Shown here: positions 36,669 to 48,612 of the stretch, piece after piece
Numbering within the stretch: the first letter of the stretch is position 1
Layout: the number at the start of each line of letters is the position of its first letter
DNA from: Basidiobolus meristosporus CBS 931.73
Taxonomy: Eukaryota > Fungi > Basidiobolomycota
Length of the DNA: 64,000 nt
Reading direction: 5' to 3'
Assembly (NCBI GenBank): GCA_002104905.1
Contig: MCFE01000204.1
Location: forward strand, 1 to 64,000
Made by a program: the position numbers and the translations under genes
The notes under the pieces: model-generated
The model's database searches: none
Told to the model about the DNA's origin: nothing
The model's input: the letters and a program-made list of their open reading frames with translations, nothing else

Positions 36669-38034
36669 CTGAGTGGGAGTGTTGTAAAAATTTGTTTTAT
36701 CACCTAAATATTCACCTAACTTAGTCACTTAGATCATCACCTTTAAATCCTAGAGAATACTGACCAAAATTCCTTGTCGGGATATACTTAGAATATTTTC
36801 ACCAAAATACCAGGTACCCAGAACATGAAAATTCTCAAAGTTGTCCAAGCAGCCCCAAACTTTGCACACATGTTCTTGGGACCTTCCGTAACCTATTCTA
36901 CATGTTTGTAATGCCAAGACCATGTAAAAGTATAAATACTACTTTTACATTCAATAAATCATTAAGTGAAAACCACATAATCTACTTGTTCTACAAATCA
37001 CTTCCAATATCTCCAAGACTCTTACAATAAACTCCACCAACAGGGACTTGATAAGAATGCAGCTTTAACTAATAGTTACAAAGACTGAAAAGTATCTTTG
37101 CCTGTACAGGAACAAACTTGGGAAAACAAACAAATATAATAAAATATACCTACTCTGAGTATTCCCCACAAGTAGTGCCTCCAAGGTCAGTTGGATGTCA
37201 GCGCAGTTTCCTGGGAGTGTTGTCAGTTCTGAGTCAGAAAATAGTGGTAATAGGTATTGGTGATCTCACTAATCAATAAGTTGGAATAATGGAGGAGGGA
37301 TGATTTATTTTAAGGGATAGCCTCCCTTATATACTTTCTTGCTGCTCAATTTCTTGCTAGAAAATACTTTCTGGAAGTTTCCAGAAGGTAGTAGACAGCC
37401 AATCATGTCATTGTGTACTAAAAATAGCGCAAATTCTTGGCGGATTGTTCCATGAGACATAGTAGCACCTAGCCAATCAGGTAGTGGTAATATGAAACCC
37501 CTGTGTCATGTGGTTGTCTCTTATGGCAGTAGGATAGGAGGGTTATGAAACCAAAATGGTCACATGACATGGGACTGTCGGGGTACTTGCCTTATATGGT
37601 AACTGTCTTATCTTGGCATCTTGGCAAGGAATAGGAATAGCTTGTGCAATAGGTTAATAGTGACAAATAGTTTGTCAGGTTGCATAGTAAAAATCACATA
37701 GACAGAATAGAAAGTATTGCAATTTGGGATAATACTAATATAGGGGGGGTAATCCTTTTTTAGGGAAGTGAGCATATGAGAATGAGCACATCTGCCTGTG
37801 GGTGTCACTGTGACCCCACTACACCACCCTTGTGACAAATTGGATTTCAAGAAACTTCGTCCCTTCAAGATCAAGAAGAAGCTTGGCCCTATAGTATATC
37901 AGCTACAGTTACCAGCAAGTATGAAAGTCCATGATACTTTACATGTGTCCCTCCTGGAGCCATATTGTAGGAACACCTTGCCAAACCGGCAAGAAGCAAA
38001 GCCCCAAGCCATCCAGGTTGACCAACATCAAAAA

Positions 38035-38190
38035 TTTGAAGTTAATCAGATTCTAGACTCCAAGTATATCCAGTCAAAGCTGTACTACTTAGTAGACTAG
38101 ATTGGTTATGGTCCAAGTGACCAAACATGGGAACCAGCTACCCATCTCACTAATTGTCTAGAACTAGTTACCCAGTTCCACCAGCAATAT
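38035..38190 (+). other. Chromodomain at the C-terminus of the B1 integrase
   Basis: FEVNQILDSK...YYLVD[W>stop]IGYGPSDQTWEP; the conserved Trp codon is mutated to TAG. Confidence 0.88.
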
Positions 38191-38244
38191 CCTGCAAAAC
38201 CTGCCCCAAAGGGAAACAGAGCTTTGCCTGGAAGAGGAGAATAG

Positions 38245-38766
38245 TGTCATGATCACATGACAACTATGAACACCTGTGCCAAGTTTCAGCTTCCTAGCTC
38301 AGTTTCTAAGAGATTCCTTCTGGAACCTTCTACCACCTTCCAGAAAGTTCCTGATCATTCCAAACCATTGTTACACAATAAAACATTCCATGGAAGCTTC
38401 CCATCATATTTTTCATAGTCCAGTACCATATATGGAAATACCAGGTCACATGACTTAGTCACATGATCAGGTGACCCAATCCATTTCCCTATCCTGTCTC
38501 AGTGCCTTGTCTTCTATATTATTATCCCCAGCACTGCTGCTGTGCCTCACCCTACAACCCCATTGGAATTAGCTAATATCTCTTGGCATCAGTATAGCCA
38601 AAAAGTATATATATAGTCCTATCCCCCTTAAGTATTCCTCAGTCTGATAAACACAGGTCTTGAATAAACAGCCTTGCCTTGAATCCTGTCTTGCCTTGAT
38701 GGTCCACACCTAAGTCCTTTCCTGCTGTGCCTAGCTATTCCTCCTGCCTTGTGTCTATTCATAGCA
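38245..38766 (+). repeat. Family B 3' LTR (522 bp)
   Basis: Follows PPT GGAAGAGGAGAATAG, ends ...ATAGCA, then the TSD CCATC. Confidence 0.9.
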
Positions 38767-38797
38767 CCATCTGGCTTGTCTCTGATTTAGTACTTTT

Positions 38798-39146
38798 TGT
38801 TGTAAAAATTCGTATTTCCACCTAAATATTCACCTAACTTAGTCACTTAGATCATTACCTTCAAATCCTAGAGAATACTGACCAAATTCCTTGTTGGGAT
38901 TTACTTAGAATATTTTCACCAAAATACCAGGTACCCAGAACATGAAAATTCTCAAAGTTGTCCAAACAGCACCAAACTTTTCACACATGTTCTTGGGACC
39001 TTTCTAAACCTATTCTACGTGTTTGTAATGCCAAGACCAGGTAAAATTATAAATACTACTTTTACATTCAATAAATCATTAAGTGAAAACCACATAATCT
39101 ACTTGTTCTCCAAATCACTTCCAATATCTCCAAGACTCTTACAACA
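38798..39146 (+). repeat. Copia solo LTR
   Basis: TGTTGTA...TACAACA termini, flanked by a perfect 5-bp TSD CTTTT inside B2 pol. Confidence 0.95.
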
Positions 39147-41189
39147 CTTTTGAGGTGGTAAAGTACTCAAGGTTCTTGTGGTCACAGAAGATCCTTATCT
39201 TTTGGGCTGCACTGTCAAGGTAGTGTCTCCATTGCTCAAAGGCAACAACAATTTCAAGTAGTTCCTTATCATAGACATCATGGTTTACTTCAGCTGGAGT
39301 AAATTTCTGGAAGTCAAATGCAATAGGGTGTAGTACATTCTTGTCATTGCACTGGGAAAGGATTGCACCAAGTGCAAAGTCAGAGGCATCAGTTTCCATG
39401 ATGGAAGATTTCTCAAGGTCAGGGTGAGCAAGCAGGGGAGCATACAGGAAGGATTTGTTGATGGAATTAAAGACATTGGAATGTTCCTCATTCCAGGCAA
39501 AGGGCAGATTCTTATGGGTGAGCTTTGTCAAGGGAGTGGCTATCTTTGAGTAGTTGGCAATAAATCTACAATAGAAGTTGGCAAATCCAAGGAAGAACTG
39601 CACTTCTTTTACAGAACAGGGTGCTTTCCACCACTAGATGGCTTCAACTTTCTTGAGGTCCATTCTTGTTTCATTTGAGCTGATAAGATAACCTAAAAAC
39701 TCAACTTCTTTTTGGTTAAACTCACATTTCTCCAGTTTGGCATAGAGGCCAGCAGTGTCAAGTTTGGTCAAGACTTTCTTGACATGGGAATTTTGTTCTT
39801 CTTGGGTCTTGGAGTAGATCAAGATGTCATCAGGGTAGATAACCACAATTTGGTCAAGGTATTCACAGAATATGTCATTCATCAGGTGTTGAAAGATAGC
39901 TGGGGCATTGGTGAGACCAAATGGCATAGCTTTGTACTCAAAATGACCATATCTTGTTCTGAACGCAGTTTTCCATTCATCAACAGGCCTGATCCTGACA
40001 AGGTTATATGCTCCTCTGAGGTCAGTCTTAGTAAATACTCTGGCAGCAGAGAGTTGATCTAACAGGGTGTTGATCAGGGGAAAAGGGTACTGGTTCTTGA
40101 TTGTGATCTTATTCAGTGCACGGTAGTCTACACACATTCTTAGGGTACCATCCTTTTTTTTGACAAAGAGGATTGGGGCACCAGCTGGGGACCTAGAGTG
40201 CTGAATAAAGCCTTTCTGGATTTTCATTGGAGGGACCAGTTGCAAGCCTGTCATTGTAGCTGGACATTGGAATTTCCCAATAATACAGGAGAGGATTGCT
40301 CACAGGATGATTGTAGGAGCTTGAAGCTGGACTTTTTGTTAGGACAAGACTTGGCAAAGTGGCTGGGCTGGCCACAGTAAAGGCAGAGGTTTGCCTGTTG
40401 ACATCTAGATCTTTCTTCTTTTGTGTGTTTTGTATATTTAGCACGGTCAATTTGCATAGGATCATCAGGCTTAGTATTGGGTGACTGGATTACTGGGAAG
40501 GAGATTGGCTGATACGTATGTTGGAATTTCTGTTTCTTCTGGAAAGAAAATTGTCACATTGGATTGCTTGATGAATAGCTTCACCCAAAGTGGTTGGGTC
40601 AGGTAGAGTGAGGAGTAGGTCACTGACTTCATCATTAAGCCCATCTTGAAATTGACTAATTAGGGCAGTGTGACCCCAAAGGCTCAAATCACTGGCTAGT
40701 AGCCAGAATTCAGAAGCATACATGGATGCAGGTCTGTTTCCTTGCTTCAGGTTCTTGACCTTGTTGGCAGCAGTTCTGGTTTGGTCAATGTTGTCAAATG
40801 TTGGCTCCATTTCTGTGAGGAAGGCATGGTAGTTGCTGAGCAGAGGGGAGTTGGTTTCCACCAAAAGGGAGAACCATTTCTGGGCAGTTCCAGTCAGCAG
40901 GTTAGAGATATAACCAACTTTTTCTTGATCTGTGGGGAACCAATTGGGTTGTAGTGACAAGTGGTGTTTCACTATGTTGATGAAACCTTGGAATTCATTC
41001 TGGGAGCCACTGAGCTTGGTAGTAGAAGTGTTCTTGGGATCATGGTAGGATGGAGCCTGGATAGGCTGTTGGGCATTTTGGCTCTGGAGCTGAGCAGCAG
41101 AGTTTCTGAGGTCTGAATTGTCTTGTTGCAGATGGGCAAAGGCAGCCATGAGACTTGCAAAGTTATACTCTGGGCTGGACATGTCATGG

Positions 41190-42267
41190 TGTGGTGGTGT
41201 ATAAGCCCAAAGGGCAAAATACGGCCAACACTTCTCAAGTGTGAATGTGTGTGGGGTGTTCACTAGGTGCAATAACCTCTGGCAAAAGCTTGCTAGGAAT
41301 ACTGGGTCTTTTGTCTAATCTAATGTGAAGGGGGATAAAGCCTCAAGCTTGTCAACAGAAAACTATTGAACTACAATCCCCAACTTAGTTGGCGTCTTAA
41401 CAAAAGTTTATAATGGCTTTTACATCCTTTGAGATGACAATGTACTAAAGCTTCCAAAGTCAAAACAACCGTAAACTCCACCAACAGGGACTTGATAAGA
41501 ATGCAGCTTTAACCAATAGTTACAAAGACTGAAAAGTATCTTTGCCTGTTCAAGAACAAGCTTGGGAAAACAATCAAATATAATAAAATATACCTACTCT
41601 GAGTATTCCTCACAAGTAGTGCCTCCAAGGTCAGTTGGCTGTCAGCGCGGTTTCCTGGGAGTGTTGTCAGTTCTGAGTCAGAAAATAGTGGTAATAGGTA
41701 GCGGTGATCTCACTAATTAATAAGTTGGAATATTGGAAGAGGGATGATTCATTTTAAGAGATAGCCTCCCTTATATACTTTTTTTGCTGCTCAAATTCTT
41801 GCTAGAAAATACTTTTGGGAAGTTTCCAGAAGGCAGTAGAGAGCCAATCATGTCAATGTGTACTAAAAATAGTGCAAATTCTTGGCGGATTGTTCCATGA
41901 GACAAAGTAGCACCTAGCCAATCAGGTAGTGGTAATATGGAACCCTGTGTCATGTAATTGCCTCTTATGGTAGTAGGATAGGAGGGTAATGAAACCAAGA
42001 TGGTCACATGACATGGGCACTGTTGGGGGTACTTGCCTTATATGGTACTATCTTATCTTGGTATCTTGGCAAGGAATAGGAATAGCTTGTGCAATGGGTT
42101 AATAGTGACAAATAGTTTGTCAGGTTGCATAGTAATAATTACATAGACAGAATAGAAAATATTGCAATTTGGGATGATACTAATATAGGGGGGGTAATTC
42201 TTTTTAGGGAAGTGAACATATGGGAATGAGCACATCTGCCTGTGGATGTCACTGTGACCCAACTACA
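41190..42267 (-). mobile_element. Unit D copy 2 (1078 bp, probable solo LTR)
   Basis: TG...CA termini, TSD ATGG/ACGG, inserted 7 bp upstream of the B2 gag ATG. Confidence 0.82.
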
Positions 42268-42759
42268 ACGGTAGCAGGAGGCAGAGAAGTTTCTTGGACT
42301 TGTTCAGGAACACTGGATATTGCTAGCTAACTTGTGGGTTATAAAGCCACTAGTTTGTCACAAACACAATTATTGAGCCACAATCCCCAACTTTGAATAA
42401 GTTAGCATCACTTCAGAAGGTACTGGCTTTTAACGTCCTTTGATAGAGTATTGTACTGAAGCTTCCAATACTATAACAACTGTAAACTACACCAACAGGG
42501 TAATAAAGTGAATGCAGCTTTGCCCAATAATCTTACAAAGAGAAAGTATCTTTACCTTTAGAGGACAAGACTGGAGGAAGATTCAGGGTGATACTTACGG
42601 TAGGTATTCCTTTGCAAGTTCTTCTCAAGAACTTTGGGTAGAAGGCAGAGATCCACAGGTAAGTCAGGAGCAGTCTGATAAAACTGTTATGAATAGACAC
42701 AAGGTAGGAGAGTAGAGCTAGGCAAGGCAGGACCAGGAAAGGACTTAGGTGTGGATCAA

Positions 42760-42825
42760 CAAGGCAAGGCATGTTTCCAAGGCAAGGCATGTTTCCAAGG
42801 CAAGGCAGATTTCCAAGGCAAGGCT
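42760..42825. repeat. 18-bp tandem repeat CAAGGCAAGGCATGTTTC (~3.6 copies) in the B2 LTR
   Basis: Units start at 42760, 42778, 42796 and 42814. Confidence 0.9.
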
Positions 42826-42877
42826 GTTTATTCAAGACCTGTGTTTATCAGACTGAGGAATACATAAGGGGCAATAA

Positions 42878-45800
42878 TGTTGTAAGAGTCTTGGAGATAT
42901 TAGAAGTGATTTGGGGGACAAGTAGATTATGTGGTTTTCACTTAATGATTTATTGAATGTAAAAGTAGTATTTATACTTTTACATAGTCTTGGCATTACA
43001 AACATGTAGAATAGACTGAGGAAGGTCCCAAGAACATGCGTGCAAAGTTTGGGGCTGTTTGGACAACTTTGAAAATTTTCATGTTCAGGGTACCTGGTAT
43101 TTTGGTGAAAATATTCCAAGTAAATCCCAACAAGGAATTTGGTCAGTATTCTCTAGGATTTGAAGGTAATGATCTAAGTGACTAAGTTAGGTGAATATTT
43201 AGGTGGAATAACAAACTTCTACAACACTCCCACTCAGCTAAAGGTTCATACTGACTAGTCCTAATTTTGACCTAAGATATTTAAACTTGTCTCTAGCTAA
43301 TGGTTTGGTAAATATATCTGCAATCATTTCATTTGTAGGGCAGTAAACTAAGCTAACTAGGTTATTCTCTATAGCTTCACGTATGAAATTATGTCTAATA
43401 TCTATGTGCTTGGTTATAGCATGAAAAGTTGGATTTCTACCTAATTGTATACATCCTTGATTATCTTGAAATAAAGTAATAGGTGTTTTTTAACACAGAC
43501 CTAAATCTGTAAAAAGCTTTCTTAGCCACATTGCTTCTGTTGTAGCTTCACAGGCTGCCATGTACTCTGCCTCTGTGGTAGAAAGCGCTATGGTTGGTTG
43601 CTTTCTTGAATTCCATGAAATTGCTCCTTTGCAGTAAAGAAAGGTATATCCTGTGGTAGATCTTTTGTCTTCCAAATTTTGTCCCCAATCAGTATCAGAG
43701 CATCCTACAAGATCCTGTTCTGAATCCTAATAAGTGTATCTCAAGCAGATACTAGCAGTTCCTTTTAGGTATCTAAAAATCTGCTTAACTGCTGCAATAT
43801 GATTGGATCCATAGCTCTGATTATGTTGGCTGACAACTACCCCTGACTATGAGATATCTGGACGTGTTCCAAGCATTATATACATCAGACTGCCAACCAT
43901 AGATTGATAAGGAAAGTCAGGGCTTTCAGATGGCACCAAGTTCTCTTGATTTGGTTGAGTTTTGACCAAGTTAAGGTTTGTCTCCATTGGGGTAGCTGCT
44001 GGTTTACAGTCTTCCATTTGGTACTTCTTTAGTATATCTTGAATATACTTGGAATGGCATAGGGTAATAGTCTGGGTACTTCTGTCTATGGAGAACTTAA
44101 TCCCTAAGTAGTAACTGAGTTCTCCTAGATTGGACATCTTGAACTCTGTAGATAGGCTGTATTTAGTCTCTTCAAATGTTGCTAGGTTATTGGCGGCTAT
44201 AATAAGTTCATCCACATATAGAGCTAGTAGAACTGGATTTGCTTTATCTGGCTTATAGTATATGCTATAGTCAGCATTACTCCTTTTAAAGCTCAAAGAT
44301 TCCAAATAAGAATCTGTCTTGCTATTCCAGGCTCTTGATGAGTGTTTGAGACTATAGAGTGACTTCTTAAGCTTGCAAACCAAATGGGGGTTATCTTGGT
44401 CAACAAACCCATCAGGCTGGTCCATAAACACATCCTCATCAAGTTCTCTATTCAGAAAAGCAGTTTTTACATCTATTTGATGAATAAAAAACTTATATTT
44501 GGCTGCAATAGCCAATATTAATCTGATGGAATTAAACTTGGCTACCGGTGCAAAGGTCTCAGTATAGTCCAGTCCTTTTGTTTGAGAGTATCCTTTGGCA
44601 ACAAGTCTTGCTTTGTATCTTTCAATTGTACCATCAGCCTTGTACTTTGTCTTGAAGACCCATCTGCATCCAATTGATTTTTGGTTGATTGGTAATTTGA
44701 CTAAGTCCCAAGTTTGATTTTCCATCAAGGCCTTATATTCCTCAGTCATTGCAGATCTCCAAAACTTTGTCTGAGGGCTATTTAGGGCCTCTTTTACAGT
44801 CTGGGGTTCATCAATATGGACTGAATAGGCATATGCTAAGTTTGTACCCTCATTGATATAGTAATTTGGGCTATTTCTTGTCCGATTGGATCTCCAGGCA
44901 TTTGATACTGGAATGATCACTTCTGGGAAATTCCTGGGCACTGATTCTGGCTGAACCACGGTTGTAGAGTCCTCTGGAGTGAAAAAATTTTCGTTGTTTT
45001 GCTCTGATTCAATCCTGACAATTGGTGGACTTGAGATCAAATTTTTGTCATCATCTGATGTCATTTTTTGTAAAAATTTTGAATTTTCATTAAACAACAC
45101 ATCCCTGGACTTGATCAGCTTCTTTGCTTTGGTATTGTAGAGTCTGTATGCCTTACTCCCATTGCAGTAGCCCAAAAATATGCATTTCACACTTTTTGGC
45201 TCAAATTTTGATTGATTTGCAGCCAGTTTTTTGGCATATGCTGTACACCCAAATATTCTTAGATGTTCTGCACTTGGTCTGTATCCATACCATGCTTCAA
45301 ATGGAGTAGCATCACAAAGTATTCTGTTATAACTCCTATTTTTAAGGTATACAGCAGTGGCAACTGATTCCACCCAAAAATCATAGGATAATTTTTGATC
45401 ACGGATCATAGATCTTGCCATATCAATTATTGATCTGTTAGCTTGTTCTGCTACTCCATTTTGCTGTGGGGAGTATGGTACAGTAGTCTCTTGCTTTATC
45501 CCATTGAATTTTGCAGAAGTGGATGAAGAGTTTTGAGGTATATTCTCCACCATTGTCAGAACGTATTTTCTTGATTTTTTCACCAGTTTCTCTCTCAACC
45601 ATGGCTTTAAACTCCCTGAGCTTAGTCAGAGCTTCTTCCTTTCTCTCCATGAAGTAGACCCATGTGTATCTTGTATAATCATCAATAAAAGTGATTAAAT
45701 ACTTCATCCTGCCTAAGGATAAACTTTGCATAGGTCCACACAGATCTGAGTGAATTAGATCTAATTTTTTCTTAGTTTTGATTTACCCAGAGCTCTTGAA

Positions 45801-47543
45801 TGGTTGTCTGGCTTGTTTCCCATATATGCAGGCTTCACAGTGCTCCAAAATAGCTGGGGGATCAATTTTCACTCCAGGAATTAGCTGATCTTTGATCATT
45901 TTGCGCAAATAATCAAAATTGATGTGCCCAAATCTCCTGTGCCAAAGCATTGGTGTTTCTTCATTTAAGTTACTTATATTGGCTTCCAGATATGATGGAA
46001 TATAAGTCAACTTGTATAGATTCTGATCTCTGATGCCCAAAGCAATATGGGCACCATTTTGATCAGTGATCCTGCATCCAGAATTGTCAAAACTGAAACT
46101 GAGTCCTTCTGCTGTGGCCTTGCTTACAGAGAGTAGGTTCTTGGCTATTTCTGGTACATAGAGTACTTCTTTAAAGGTCAGTGTATGGCTTCCATCACTG
46201 CTTCTAAGGTTTACTTGGATAGTTCCTTCTCCCACTGCATCAAGTGTTCTATTGTCACCAATGAAAACCTTCTTAATTGGAATTTCTTGATATCCGGTAA
46301 AAAGTTCTTTTTGGTGTGTAAAGTGTTGAGAAGCTCCAGAGTCAATATACCACGTCTGAGAATCCTTGTTTGTTGTCATATTTAGTGCAGATATGAATAG
46401 TCTATCTTCAGTTGTTGCAGCATTTCCATATTCAGGCTTCTTTTACTGATTATCTTTCTTTGAGACACCGGTCTGATGTGTGTCCTTTCCTTTTGCAGTA
46501 GTTACAAAACAGGTTGCTGTTGCCTTTGTAGGGTCTTGCATACCTCCTTTGTTGGTTATCATTGCTTATTAAAGCATTTTCTTCTTCCTTCTTATATGCG
46601 CTTGATTTTCTTAATTCTTCATCCAGGAGCCTTCCATATACGTAATTTAAGGTCAAATCTTCAGTTCTGGACTCTAGGGCTGATACAAGGCCCTGAAACT
46701 CGTCTGTCAGGCTATTCAGGATGGTAACTGTCACATCCTCATCAGTAGTTGGTATGCCCACAGATTCCATCTCATCTACCAACAGGGTAATTCTGTTAAT
46801 TAGATTTTCATTTCTTCTCTTGGCAGCATCTTGGTAGTAAAGAATTTTTGTCTCAGATACATTTTCTTGGCAGCTGAACATGACAGGTAGGTGTCTTCCA
46901 ATGCTTTCCAGGCATTCTTTGCCGTTTTTGCTCTTGAGAATTGAATTAGCAATTTGTCCTTGACATTAAGGCAAATGCAGTTAAAGGCACTTTGTTCTTT
47001 CTTCTGGTACTTTAAGGCTTCCTGTCCCACATTTTTAGGAGGGCATTCTTCTCCCATGACAATGTTCCAAAGGCCTCTTTCTTGTAGCAGCATCTTCATC
47101 TTCACCTTCCACACTTGGTAGTTAGATCCATTAAACTTTTCAGCAGAGGGAAAAATTCCAGTAATAGCAGTAGTAGACATTGCAGAGAGTGACAGCTTTG
47201 GGCTCATAACCTGTTGTAAGAGTCTTGGAGATATTGGAAGTGATTGGGAGAACAAGTAGATTATGTGGTTTTCACTTAATGATTTATTGAATGTAAAAGT
47301 AGTATTTATACTTTTACATAGTCTTGGCATTACAAACATGTAGAATAGACTGAGGAAGGTCCCAAGAACATGTGTGCAAAGTTTGGGGCTGTTTGGACAA
47401 TTTTGAGAATTTTCATGTTCTGGGTAAATATTCTAAGTAAATCCTGACAAGGAATTTGGTCAGTATTCTCTAGGATTTGAAGGTGATGATCTAAGTGACT
47501 AAGTTAGGTGAATATTTAGGTGGAAATACAAACTTTTACAACA
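42878..47543 (-). mobile_element. Full-length Ty1/copia element with disrupted gag-pol (47207-43238)
   Basis: 5' LTR 47212-47543 (~18-bp deletion), PBS 47200-47211, PPT 43227-43239, 3' LTR 42878-43226; several stops and frameshifts; flanks (AATAA vs GTTAT) show no TSD. Confidence 0.96.
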
Positions 47544-47689
47544 GTTATGACTTACTCTCCAGCCTCTTTTGACACTACATCATTAAATTCACTAAGGTTG
47601 GGCTGTCTTACTTCCTATTATTCAATACAGTAGAGCAATATGTATTTGGTGTAATTTTCAATAAATATGTGTAACTGCTTCTTTCTGCT

Positions 47690-47900
47690 AAGCTTGTATG
47701 TATATGTGCAGGCCTCACATGACTCCAAAGTATTAGTGAAATCAACTTTGGCATGGAAATCAGCTGATATCTGATCATTTTGTCAAAAACATCCGAATTG
47801 TGATAACCAATCTCATGTGCCAAGTAGTTATTGTTACTTCATTTAAGCTACTTAGTCTGGCTTCCAGATATAATGGAAAAGTAGGTCAGATGGTTTCTGT
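47690..47900 (-). mobile_element. Ancient copia GAG-pre-integrase remnant
   Basis: Diverged match to ~45820-46020. Confidence 0.6.
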
Positions 47901-48612
47901 GGTGAGAGTTTCAGAGATATGTGAGCTTTTGGGTAGATTTATGGATTCCTCTACACTGAAGATTATTACTTGAGATGCCATCTGATCAATCAATTTCAAT
48001 AGGGCTTATTAATTCTTTCACAAATGATGTAACTATGTATATAACTATAATTGTCATGTCTTCCAAAATATTTTTCAACATAACTTTTTATGACAATCAA
48101 CTGCATTTTCTCTTCATGATCCAACAATTCTCTATCAAATTCTTTGTTGGGATTTACTTGATATTCTCTCCTCGAAATGTTTAGTGATCTACGTACATTC
48201 AGTTGAAATCCGAAACTTCTGGGTGATCTTACATAGATACTATCAGGAACAGGGGCCATGTTGGGGAGCAACTCCAATGCCTCGCAGTGGGAACCTGGGT
48301 CACTCTTATTAAGGATAGAATTCCGGATGACTTCATGTAAATCAGTGTCAGGCATGTAACCAGATTAATTTAATATTTCGACTTGTAACCTTCAAAGAGT
48401 AATGAAGGACCCCTTGGGAGCAGCATGATGGTAGTACAAGCGCACATCGAACTTGAACAAATTTCATTTATGTAAAAGTATGATACAGTTTAGAGAAGTT
48501 GGAATGTGGCCTGGCCACTTGCACGCCAAGGCCTGGTGTGTAATAGAATCAAAAAAGTTCGCACTTCGTAGTGGCCATGTCTCTAAGGTTTGCACCGATC
48601 ACCATAACACGA

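Larger units (their letters stand above)
32344..37029 (+). mobile_element. Near-intact Ty1/copia LTR retrotransposon (4686 bp)
   Basis: 350-bp LTRs 32344-32693 and 36680-37029 (6 differences counted by eye), TSD AACTC, PBS 32694-32705, PPT 36667-36679. Confidence 0.98.
32055..37823 (-). mobile_element. Unit D copy 1 (1078 bp net, probable solo LTR), split by copia
   Basis: TG...CA termini (TGTGGTGGTGT / CCCCACTACA), TSD CCGC/CCAC. Removing it restores B1 integrase NRPCDKL in frame. Homologous to 41190-42267. Strand inferred from the TATA and leader homology. Confidence 0.8.
21915..38766 (+). mobile_element. Gypsy family B (chromovirus), copy B1, with nested insertions
   Basis: LTRs 21915-22432 and 38245-38766, 5-bp TSD CCATC, gag from 22839, RT N-terminus (catalytic core deleted near 24245), RNase H, integrase split at 25420/31564 and 32055/37824, chromodomain, PPT 38230-38244. 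Confidence 0.93.
21578..42877 (-). mobile_element. Gypsy family B, copy B2 (host of the nest): LTR part 42685-42877, leader, gag 41182-40251, pol 40254-38767 and 21914-21578
   Basis: gag with CLYCGQPSHFAKSC knuckle, RT, RNase H. The peptide QRQARW|SLFLSS is split across the B1 insertion, with a CCATC duplication at 21910-21914 and 38767-38771. Confidence 0.85.

Noticed and set aside
37608-37874. Small ORF shared by both D copies (also 42053-42262)
   Set aside because: Different start positions and no motif; the similarity is explained by DNA identity.
41350-42013. Apparent inner LTR (TGTCA...TGACA) inside unit D as a separate insertion
   Set aside because: No TSD (AAGCT vs TGGGC) and no PPT; homology between the D copies extends on both sides.
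47541-47552. ACAGTTATGA resembling a second PBS outside the copia LTR
   Set aside because: It is on the wrong end and strand for this LTR, is only a partial match, and is not followed by gag.
1-47900. Neurospora-type RIP (CpA>TpA)
   Set aside because: CpA/TpG are abundant, and several observed copy differences are at CpG.
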